NCBI GenBank assembly: GCA_002269645.1
Contig: NIVC01001279.1
Span: 1-64,000 of the forward strand
Source of the DNA: Macrostomum lignano
Lineage: Eukaryota
Direction: 5' to 3'
DNA: 64,000 nt
The notes beneath the pieces are model-generated. The model did no database searches. It was not told the origin of the DNA and worked only from the letters and a program-made list of their open reading frames with translations. The translations under genes were made by a program, and so were the position numbers. The first letter of the stretch is position 1. Each line of letters opens with the position of its first letter. Below are positions 51,036 to 62,300 of this stretch, one piece after another.

Positions 51036-51689
51036 TAGAGCTGTCACGAGATCTCGACATTTTTTCTCGTCTCGAGAAATCTTAAATTTTGTCAAGAAAT
51101 TCAAGATGAGATTCAAGAAGTTTTCTGATACCTTTTTTCAAAAGCTTTTAAGTCATAAGATATAAAAAGGGAAGCAAATTTTCATATAAATACAACTGTT
51201 TGTTATAACACGCTTGATAGGGCAATTTTCAAATGGTAAAATCTAGCCAATGTCGAGCAGTTATTTAACGAACGTCGTTATATACGAGTTTGTATTGTAT
51301 ATGCACTCTTTTAGTTATCATTTCAGTTCTGTAGCAAGGTGTATCATAGCAGACTTGAAGACAATCTACACAGGTCTTTTGACAAATTAGTAATAGAAGT
51401 AGGGCCAAGGGCCTATATGCTACAAGCATAAATTCTTATGAATAAATAGCAAAGAATTTAAACTAGAATTAAGAAAGTATTCTAGAAAATCTAAAAAATA
51501 TATTTTAGAATTGTATCTTATCAAGAAATTTAAGACAAGATAAGGCAAGATAAGAGCAAGACAAGATGCAATTCTGAAATATATTTTTTTAGATTTACTT
51601 TGTCTTGTCTCGTCTCGAAATTCTCGACTTATAAGCCTTTCTTGTCTCAAATCTCGTCTCGAATAAAATCTCTAATTTTGACAGCTCTA
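51036..51689. mobile_element. 654-bp hAT-like MITE
   Basis: Perfect 11-bp TIR TAGAGCTGTCA / TGACAGCTCTA. Flanks CTTGGTTG (51028-51035) and CTTAGTTG (51690-51697) form an 8-bp TSD with 1 mismatch. TCTCG subterminal repeats at both ends. Confidence 0.8.
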
Positions 51690-51710
51690 CTTAGTTGTAG
51701 TCAAATCTAA

Positions 51711-51900
51711 GCCTAGTGGTTAGAGGGGTAGACTTAACTCAAAGGTTAGGGGGGGGGTTTCATTCAAAACCCTACAAGAACAAGAATGATTTGTGTCATT
51801 AAGCAAGACATTTATCTCTGCATTGTTTCAGTTTGATAGCTATAAAATAGGTGCCAGCATTAGCTAAAGTACTTAATAGTGTGTGTGTGGCAATAGAGAT
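51711..51900 (+). mobile_element. Decayed second copy of the CORE-like SINE
   Basis: TGTGTCATTAAGCAAGACATTTATCTCTGCATTGTTTCAGTT...TAAAATAGGTGCCAGCATTAGCT aligns with 28506-28580. Confidence 0.6.
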
Positions 51901-53267
51901 AGGACAAAATGAAATTTTTGAACTGATTCAAATACTGAATAATACTAAAAACAAATATTTTGGTAAATAATATGCCCTATCTTGCTACTTATTAATCACT
52001 TGTCAATAGTACTAACTGATAATTAAATAAATTCATTTTTAGATAGATTGCTATAAAAAATGATAAATTTGGACTGGCTTTCATTGGTCCATGAATGTTC
52101 TATTAATTGTTACTATTTTTTGTGAGCATTATAATGGAGCCAAGAATAGCAAGGATTAAATTTATATGGAAATGTCTAGCTATGCATGTACATAGTATTT
52201 GATATCTAGCCCTATTCTATTTAGCAGCCTTTGACTAATAGGCTTGCATCTTCTTATTAAATGAAATGCACTTAGACTAAATTCCAACCCTACCCCTCTG
52301 AATTTATACAAATTAGCATCCCAAAATCCATGTTCTATAAACTTAATTCTTAATGCTCCCTTTTCTTAAAGCCTTATTCTCCTAAAGTCTTAGTATTCAA
52401 TCTAAGCACAACATACTTTCAAGTCCCTATCAGTCTGCAAAGGCACTAACAGAAAGAAAAATGTCTTGCTAAGAGTTTTATGGTCAAAGACATACCTTTT
52501 TTATTAGAGGCAGGGGGGTTGTATGCACCTTGGTGCATTTTAAGCGACGTGAACACACAACTGGCAAGAGGCATTATTGCCCATTCTAACAACTCCCCTG
52601 AGCAGGCACACAAGTGTGTAGATAGTATATAGGCACACACTCACATAGTAGTGTATAGCGGCACTAACTTTATTTTATCGTTAAGCATATTAGTGCCTTG
52701 GAGGGTTGGCTCTCAAGGCTATTAATTGCACAAGTAAAGCAAAGCCAAGATTCCAACTCAGCCCCAAATTAATGTGACTGCACTTGGAATCGAGCATTCA
52801 AGCCTAGGTTGCTGGCACATCAGAGCCTATGCTAGACCGCTGGCCTACGGCCCCCCTAGACATATACCTTGGTAATGGTATTTGGTACAAAAATCTTATA
52901 ATGGTTATAGCTAACTACAGAGTTCTTTTTACTAGCTCATAAGACATATGCAAACCAAATTTTACCAACAAAAAGTATATACAAAGGACTAAACATTTGT
53001 ATATTTTAAAGACAATAAGTCCAAAAAACAACCAGGAAAAAACTTTTTAGCTTTTCTGTGATGGTTGTAACTGCACTGCAGTTTTTCAACTTTGAAATCA
53101 AATATGTATTGTCCTATGAACTTTCTATTAGAAAAAAAGATTGCAAGAGCTACAGAAGACCCATTTATAGCAAAAGAAAAAAATTATACCCCAATGACTA
53201 ATCAAATGCCTAGGAATTACATTATATTTTTTTTTACTTTTTTACTTAGGCTATTCATCTTTTATAA

Positions 53268-54262
53268 AGATTACAGTTGTTTTGGTGACAAGACGTTTCG
53301 GTGACAGTCCTTTTGGTGACAAGCAAAAGTCATTTCGGTGACAAGCAAAAGTCATTTTGGTGAAAAGAAAATACCCTTTTAAGTGATAGCCATTCTGTTT
53401 TTAAACAGAAAATTAGCTTGCAAATCTTAAAGGATATTGAACCTAGTTTTAAATTATTTGAAAAGGTTAATTAATTTCTACTTTATTTAATTTTGTTTAT
53501 TTACAACTAAAGAGTTGTGGTCTTTTGAATTGTTTTTCAATCCAAACATGGACATCATGAAAAAAATGGAAAAAGAGTCAAAAAAGAGCTTACTGGTGTA
53601 GCTAAATATATGAAGTCATGAATAGCTAAAACAGTTATGCAAACTGAAACAGATACATCAGCAGTGTAATAATCTGCTTTTCAGTTGTTTATTCATTTAC
53701 TGTCTTTTTTAATTTCCTATTCAATTTGTCGTTAATCGTTAGACGTTAAGTTCGTTCGAAGTGTGTTTATGCTCGTTTTTCACACTTTGAAATATCTCGT
53801 GTTTTCAAAAATACTATATCTTTTTTACAAAAATCGCCTATTGTTGAGAGCAATCATTAATTAGGCCTATACTCGATATTTGTTATATTGACAAACTAAT
53901 ATTTAACTACCTTTCCTGAATAATCGCATGCATTTTAGAAGAATTGTTTTGCATTAAGGTCATATATATACGACATCAATTTTTTTTCCCTGCTTAGAAT
54001 CTTGTTGTTCTGTCGTTAGTCATTAATTGGCTGAAAAAAACCATAAAAAAATTCTATACGCTCTTTCAAATACCTTACTTAATACAAATATCGTAACTCG
54101 TTTTCAGCAATCGTGTAAAAATTTAACCTTTTGAACAAATACTAAATTCATTGGATACATTGGAAATACATTGGAAAATACTGGCAACTTGTCACCGAAA
54201 TGACTATTTGTCACCGAAACGTCTGTCACCAAAACGACTTGTCACCGAAACGACTGGTACCC
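53268..54262. mobile_element. ~1-kb non-autonomous DNA transposon with inverted arrays of TTTCGGTGACAAG subterminal motifs
   Basis: Left GGTGACA repeats 53284-53345, right TGTCACC repeats 54190-54247. Putative 8-bp TSD TTTTATAA / TTTCATAA (7/8). Superfamily not assignable. Confidence 0.68.
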
Positions 54263-55259
54263 TTTCATAATACTATTTAATAACACATTGAACCAAATTC
54301 CTCTCCAAGCTTCTCAAGTGTGGCAGTCTTGGTGTGTGGCAGTCTTGGTCCTACACTGGTAGGCCTATCCTAACCTTTGCTTGCCTTTCTTTCCTTATTT
54401 GGCAAGATGTGAAAAAGGCAAGGGGTTCAAAAACGGACTTAACTTTTAGCTTCCATAAGTTTACTCTATATAAAGTAATTGAATTTAAACTAGGCAGAAT
54501 TATTTATTGACCTATTTTCTATCTAAATAAAAAATGTCAATCTCAACTCTGTAATTCCATTAGGATAAAAACTAGGCCTATAAGCATGTAAAGTTTGTTT
54601 GCTTTTTTGTCTTTGCCATTCATCAAACTTATCCCTTTAGAACAAAGGTTAGAACTTAGATGATAGGGTTCAGTGTATATTATAGCAAAAATAGAATGTT
54701 TTGGAATAACTTCATTTTATGGCCTTATATGCACCTCGATAAAGAGGCTACATTTGATTTTGCTATAACAGTTTAGAGCCTAGTGGGGAATTCAAATCAT
54801 TCTCTACTAAATAAGTCTATAACTCTATGGCAATTTAATAGTAGGCCTAGATAGCAAATCAAGGCACAAATTTTTGCAATTAGTTTTGGTTTGTTTAGTT
54901 TTTGTAAAAATAAAAGCAAAAAATTAATTAAAGACTGATTAGGCCTATAATATAATACAATCTTATTACATCAGTTATACAATGGAAATTTCAACATTAA
55001 GTTTAATTTAAAGGTATTTTCTTTAAAGGAATGCACATTTTCTTGGTTTTTAGACTGCATTGCTGCATACTGCAATGAAGCTAAAGATATACAAATTCTT
55101 TCCAGGGCTACAAATTGGCCAGAAAGATAACATGATCATGATCAAAGTAGTCAGCAAATAGCCAATTGAATGAAACAACCATGACTATCTATGAGAGTAC
55201 TATATCCCACAAACTGGCTTTTTAAGTAGGGATTAGCAGCCTTTTACCTCATAGCCAAA

Positions 55260-55670
55260 TAAAGAATCTAGCTCATGGCTATAAGCCAGATAGATAGGAG
55301 TGGGAAAAAGGAATAGAAGATTAGAAAATCAAGGAGAGGTAAGAGAGAAAAGATAAAAAAAGAGATAAAAGAGTAAAATAGAAAAGAAGTGAGCAAGGAG
55401 AAAGAAAGAGGATGGGAGAAAAGAGAAGAGGAGAAAGGGGGAGAGAAAAAAGCAAAAGGAGGGAGGAGTAGGGAGAAAAAAAAGGCAACAAGGAAGCGAA
55501 TGAAAGTGAATAGAAATGAAAGGGCAGAGATTAGAGAAAGTGAAAAGATAAAAGAAATAAGAAATTAAAGCAAAGGGTAGAAAGAAGAGAGAAGAGACAA
55601 GAGTGAAGAGAAGAAAAAAGAGAGAAAAGAAGAAAAAAGAGAGAAAAGAGAAAAGAATAAAGGATTAACG
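55260..55670. repeat. GA-rich low-complexity tract
   Basis: Direct reading. Confidence 0.8.
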
Positions 55671-56314
55671 AACTAAAGATTATCATGTAAACTTAATAAA
55701 ATGAAACTTTTTTTTAAGTAGAAAGTACTTGCTTAATAGTTATAGGTATAGTTGATTAACAATAGGGCTATTCACTAAATACTAATGGGCTTATATCTGA
55801 TTTGGCCAATTCACCCAGCATAAATTCAAGTAAACCATATTTTAGTTGCTTTGGTGTCTTTGGTAAATTTTTACTTTTATAACAAACTTTTGCAAGGAAT
55901 TGAATCAATTGATGATTTTTTTGCTTTTTTAGGTATGTCACAAAACTATATGCATAGTCAATATAATTTATAAAATTGCATTTGTATGCCCTTGAAGGTT
56001 CTTTTATGAAGTGTATATTTATATATTATTTGCTGCAATATGTAGATATGCATTGAGGATATAAAACTATTGTAATATTTCCAGAAGGGTTATGCACACT
56101 GTGTGACTTCCTAATGGTCAGGAATATACCCTCATGGTTGGAACTGCATGCAATCAGAATCCATTTTTTTGCAGATTAGCTCAGATTTAGTTACCATCTT
56201 ACTTTAAGAAACATCAATAAAATGTTTTATTTATGAGTCTGTATTGGCCAAAATGACCCAATAATCTACAGTAATTATTTTTAATTGAATAATTTTTCAG
56301 CCAAACAGGTCATT

Positions 56315-59300
56315 ATGAGCACTATTGAACTCAAGAAAGACTCGAAATCAAACCTGATGACGCAGCAGCAACAATCAGACGCTGCCACCGACGATGAACC
56401 ACGTAGAAAGCGGCATCGACCTTCAACTGACATCATGGCCAGCATTGGCCCCGATAGTTCCATGGCAAATTTAGACGATGATGACAACAAAGCTTCCGGG
56501 CCAAAAGACGACACTATTGGCTCGCTGTTATCTCCAAACGAAGCCTATTCTAGGAAGCGTAGAACGCCAGGTGCCAGCGAGAAACAGCAACAGTTGGCGC
56601 CTGACAATGGCGCCGGAGTAGCGCGTCGGCGCCAGTCGCGCACACCGGAAGGCGCTGGCGGTGCTAGCGGAGGCAGAGACGGCCGAGCGGAGAGGCGGTT
56701 CGCCAAAGCCCAGGAATTGGCCGCTACTGAAGGGAATTATGTTCGAATATTGCAGGTAAGATATCTCAAATGTTTCAAATGGCGCCAAAATCTTACCCCG
56801 TGGCGCCAAATTCTGTCCTGCGCTTCCAAATGTCTCAGGTGGCGCTAAATTATCTTAGATAGCGCTAATACTTAACCTGTGGTGCTAAATGTTGGCGCCA
56901 ACGTCTCTTAAATAGCGCTAAATGTCCCAGTTGGCGCCAAAGTCTCTTAAACAGCTCCAAAATCTATTGTATGGCGCCATATGTCTCAGATACAAGTAGC
57001 GCCAAAATCTATCCTGTGCTTCCAAATTTCCGGGTGGCGCTAAAATATCTTAGATAGCGCCAAGATCTACCCTGTGGCGCCAAAATCCACCCTGTGGCGC
57101 CAAATATCTCAGATGGCGCCAAAATCCACCCTGTGGCGCTAAATATCTCAGACGGCGCCAAAATCCACCCTGTGGCGCCAAATATCTCAGATGGCGCCAA
57201 AATCCACCCTGTGGCGCCAAATATCTCAGATGGCGCCAAAATCCACCCTGTGGCGCTAAATATCTCAGACGGCGCCAAAACCCACCCTGTGGCGCCAAAT
57301 ATCTCAGATGGCGCCAAAATCCACCCTGTGGCGCCGTGTGTCAGATGTCGCTGTAGTATTTTTAATCGCGCCAAACTAGTCTGTGGCGCCAAATGTCTCA
57401 GATAACGCAAAATTTCACTAATCCATCATTCAAGGTAATCGTAGACATTATCCGCGCCGAAGTGGCGGAACTGTTGCCGCCAAAAGCCGCCGATCTGATA
57501 TTCACCGGCCTGGCGCCGATCTACGATTTGCATCGCGACATCGAGTCGGATCTGCGAGCCGCATTGGCCAACTGGGACACCGGCAGCACCACCATCGGCA
57601 GCGTGTTTGCTAGCAGAGCGGACAAGCTCAGCCAGCTCTATCCGCCATTTGTTAATTTCTTTGGCCAAGCTAAAGAAGAGCTGGCTAAATGGGAGAAAAA
57701 GTGTTCTAAATTTCGAGCGTATCTTAGGCAGTGCCGGGATAGGCCGGAGTGTCTGAGACAGTCGCTGAGCGATCTGATGATTAGGCCAGTGCAGCGGCTG
57801 CCATCGGTGACGCTTATATTGGCCGACTTGCTCAAGTATACCAGTGAGTTGATTGGGCTTCGATTGGAATGTCGGCTGTTCGGGATCCCGGGTTTTGGGA
57901 GCGGGATCTCGCTTCTTTCGGTCGGTATCTCGGTTTTTTTGAGGGTCGGGATCTCGGGTTTTCAGGGATCGGGATCTCTGGTTTGCAGGGTTCGGGATCT
58001 CGGGCTTTCAGGGGTCGGGATCCCGGGCTTCCAGGGGTCGGGATCTCAGGTTTTCAGGGGTCAGGATCTAGGGTTTTCAGAGGTCGGGATCTAGGGTTTT
58101 CAGGGGTCGGGATCTAGGGTTTTCAGAGGTCGGGATCTAGGGTTTTCAGAGGTCGGGATCTCGGGTTTTTGGGATCGGGATCTAGGGTTTTCAGAGGTCG
58201 GGATCTAGGGTTTTCAGAGGTCGGGATCTAGGGTTTTCAGAGGTCGGGATCTCGGGTTTTTGGGATCGGGATCTAGGGTTTTCAGAGGTCGGGATCTCAG
58301 GTTTTTGGGATCGGGATCTAGGCTGTTTAGGGTCGGGATCTCGGCTGTTTAGGGTCGGGATCTCGGCTGTTTAGGGTCGGGATCTCGGCTGTTTAGGATC
58401 GGGATCTCGGCTGTTTAGGATCTCAATCCCGTTTTTGAGGAATTTTCGGGATCCCCATACATTCTGATCTCTATCGTCCGCTTCCAATCGGCCTCACAAA
58501 TACAGGCGAAGACTCGCCAGACTACGCCTGTCTACAGACCGCCTTAGCCTCAGTTCGTCGCGTTCTCGAGCACATCAACGAAGAAAAACGAACCACGGAC
58601 CTACGCGTTGCCCTATTCGACGTTATGAACGAGGTGGAAAATTTCCCGCCATATCTTCTGTCGGCTCATCGGACCATTGTTGACAGATTCGATGTTGTCG
58701 AAGTTGGCTCCTCCGGCACTGGGATTTGCAGGCCCGGTGCCGGCCTGACTTTGTTTTTACTCACCGACTATTTGCTGGTTGCTAAGCGCCGACAGTCGGT
58801 TGCTTCTTCTGCTTCAACGGCCTCGTCTGCTGGAGGCGGAGGCGGCGGCGGAGGTCCAGGATCGTCTAATCGTTATAGGTGACTTACCAATAACTCAAAA
58901 AGTTTCAGAAAATTGTTGCTTAAATAATTTGAACTCTTCATCCCTCACAGTAAACAGCTACGAGCTGCGTTTTAAAGGCAAAAAATCGCCTTAAAAAGAC
59001 TCGCTTAGAACCCCCTCTAATAGGCTTTCTTAGAAACCGCCCCAAAGATTCAATCTTAGAAATCGTTCCTAAAACGTTTCTTAGAAATCACTCTTTAAAT
59101 GTTTTTTATAGAAATCGCACCTAAGATGCTTTCTTAGAAATCGCTTTTAAATGCTTCCGTAGAAACAGTTCTTAGGATGTTTTCTTAGAAATCGCCCCCA
59201 AACGTTTTTTTATAGAAATCGCTCTTCAAATGTTTTTGTAGAAATCGCCCCTAAGCTGTTTTCTTATAAATTGGCCCCTAAAATCTTTCTAAAGAAATCG

Positions 59301-62300
59301 CTTTAGGGATGCTTTCTTAGAAATCGCCCCTAACATTAATATTTCCTAGAATCTTTCAAAAAAGGTTTCTTAAAAAACGCCCTTAAAATCTGAAATCCTT
59401 TCTTATAAATCTTGCTTATTATAGTTTTCTTAGAAATCACCGTTAACAGGGTTCCAGGAAATCTTGTCTTAAGTCTTTCTTAGAAATCGCTCGTGCAAGT
59501 CTAACAAATCACCTCATATACAGATTTTAAACATAGCAAGATTTGCTGTGCCTATAAACAAATTCCTGAAAATCAAAATATACATTAGCAAATTGTTAAA
59601 ACCTGTTTGTTAGGCATCCCAAGTCAAAGTTTTAATAATAATCAAGAATTCTTTAATCCCAATGTCCCAGGTCACCCCGTCCGGGCCCTGGTTCGATCTC
59701 GACTCGAACGCCATCGGCTGCTAAGCCTCTTCGCTATCTGGAGCTGGTGCCATTGAACTCAGTCAGAGCTGTACACGATATTCGCGCTCCGGCTGTCGAT
59801 CCCGAAGATCGTAGACGTCTATTCGCCATTGAGTGCCGCCTAGCTGCGTGCGATGACACTGACGATGAGGTAGGTTTGGCTTTTGTGTTGAGTGAGTTTA
59901 CACCATTGCATCATCGCATATTAAGTATTCTTTAATTCTATCAAGCTCTAGAAACCCACCCTACAATCGCCACTAAGTCTACCCTTAAATCAACTCTAGA
60001 ATCTCGAATCGCCCCTAAACCTACCCTAGAATCGCCCCTAAACCCACCCTAGAATCGCCCCTAAATCCACCCTAGAATCGCCCCTAAACCCACCCTAGAA
60101 TCTCCCCTAAACCTACCCTAGAATCGCCCCTAAACCCGCCCTAGAATCGCCCCTAAACCCACCCTAGAATCGCTGCTAATCTTCAGTATAATCCATTTTT
60201 CGCACAGACGGCGCCTCCCTGTCAATTCTGTTTCGCACTGGCCGAACCGCTGGTTCTCAGCGGCAGTGGTGGCCCCAATGACGAGCCCTTTGAAGTCGCC
60301 GCCAACAATTCCACAGTAAACGAAGCGTCTACTATCGCGAGCGGCGGAGGTCGCGACAAGTCGTCAATACTTCGCAGTGTATGCGAGCAAATCGGCCGAG
60401 TGACCTGCTGTCCGAATCCGCTCGACCTGCTGCTCAGCCACTCCGATCCGGCCGCGTTTCCTTTAAATCTGGTCGGCATATTCGATCGGCAGAATCTGTT
60501 AAGCGCCAAGGCTAGACGATTCGGTCGCCGTGTAGTTACTAGGGTGCTATCGAATCGAACTCCTAGGCGGACTATTTCTCGAGCTTTGTTGGCTGCCGCG
60601 ACCGCTGCGGCGCCTTCTGCTTCTACTCAGCAGCAACCGGACAAGCCGTGTCCGACCATGGTTGCTGATGACGGCTTTGAAGGAAATCAGCCAGAGTCAC
60701 CCATGATGACCGTTCGGTCAGCTGCAGCTTTCCCTGATGATGAGGATGCTCATATGGCTGTGAGTTGATAGAGTGCTTGGTGTGGTTCTGCGAATGCTTT
60801 GCGGGCGATTCTAGGGTAGGCTTAGGGGCGATTCTGGGGTGGGATTAGGGGCAACTCTAGGGTGGGTTTAGGGGCGACTCTAGGGTGGGTTTTGGAGCGA
60901 CTCTGGGGTGGGTTTTGGGGCGACTCTAGGGTGGGTTTTGGGGCGACTCTAGGGTGGGTTTTGGGGCGACTCTAGGGTGGGTTTTAAAGGCGATTCTAGG
61001 GTGGGTTTAGGGGCGATTGTAGAGTGGGTCTAGGGGTGATTCTGTGGTGGGTTTAGGGGCGTTTGTAGAGTGGGTTTAGGGGTGATTCTAGGGTAGGTTT
61101 AAGGGCGACTTTAGGGTGGGTTTAGGGGCGATTCTAGGGTGGGTTTAGGGGCGATTGTAGAGTGGATCTAGGGGTGATTCTAGGGTGGGTTTAGGGGCGA
61201 TTGTAGAGTGGATCTAGGGGTGATTCTAGGGTGGGTTTAGGGGCGATTGTAGAGTGGGTCTAGGGGTGATTCTGTGGTGGGTTTAGGGGCGTTTGTAGAG
61301 TGGGTTTAGGGGTGATTCTAGGGTAGGTTTAAGGGCGACTTTAGGGTGGGTTTAGGGGCGATTCTAGGGTGGGTTTAGGGGCGATTGTAGAGTGGATCTA
61401 GGGGTGATTCTAGGGTGGGTTTAGGGGCGATTGTAGAGTGGATCTAGGGGTGATTCTAGGGTGGGTTTAGGGGCGATTCTAGGATGGGTTTTAAGGGTGA
61501 TTCTAGGGTTAGTTTAGGGGCGATTCTAGGATGGGTTTTAAGGGTGATTCTAGGGTTAGTTTAGGGGCGATTCTAGGATGGGTTTTAAGGGCGATTCTAG
61601 GGTGGGTTTAGGGGCGATTCTAGGATGGGTTTTAAGGGTGATTCTAGGGTTAGTTTAGGGGCGATTCTAGGATGGGTTTTAAGGGTGATTCTAGGGTTAG
61701 TTTAGGGGCGATTCTAGGATGGGTTTTAAGGGTGATTCTAGGGTTAGTTTAGGGGCGATTCTAGGATGGGTTTTAAGGGCGATTCTAGGGTTAGTTTAGG
61801 GGCGATTCTAGGATGGGTTTTAAGGGCGATTCTAGGGTGGGTTTAGGGGCGATTCTAGGGTTAGTTTAGGGGCGATTCTAGGATGGGTTTTAAGGGCGAT
61901 TCTAGGGTTAGTTTAGGGGCGATTCTAGGATAGGTTTAAAGACGATTTTCGGGCGAGTTTAGGGGCAATTCTATGGCAAATTGTGAATTTAAAAACTATT
62001 TCCAAGGTTCACAATGCCTTCGATATTTCAGGACGCAGCTGGGACGCCTCGAGTGGCGGCTAATCCACTGGCTGAAAATGTGGATGTGCTGCAGAATCAG
62101 CAGCGTAAAGCTCCAGATGGCCAGCAGCAGGTGTTTAAAAAGCCTGATAAACGACCGAAATCTCGTCCTAGCAGCTCTCTGATGAGCTCAGTTTGCCGCC
62201 TGAACTGGGGCTCTTTGCGGCACAGCATTGCCGGTGGCAAGAAGGCCTCCAGCTCGTCCGCTGACGCTCCTGCCAGCGCTGTGTCGACTTCGCGGCTCAG

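Noticed and set aside
57393-57434. Upstream acceptor at 57401 adding ITQNFTNPSFK to the DH domain
   Set aside because: The acceptor at 57434 has a CTAAT branch-like motif and gives a DH helix without an insertion. A minor alternative use is not excluded.
60800-61965. TTTAGGG/CTAGGG content as an interstitial telomere
   Set aside because: The unit is a 23-mer, not tandem TTAGGG, and it is intronic.
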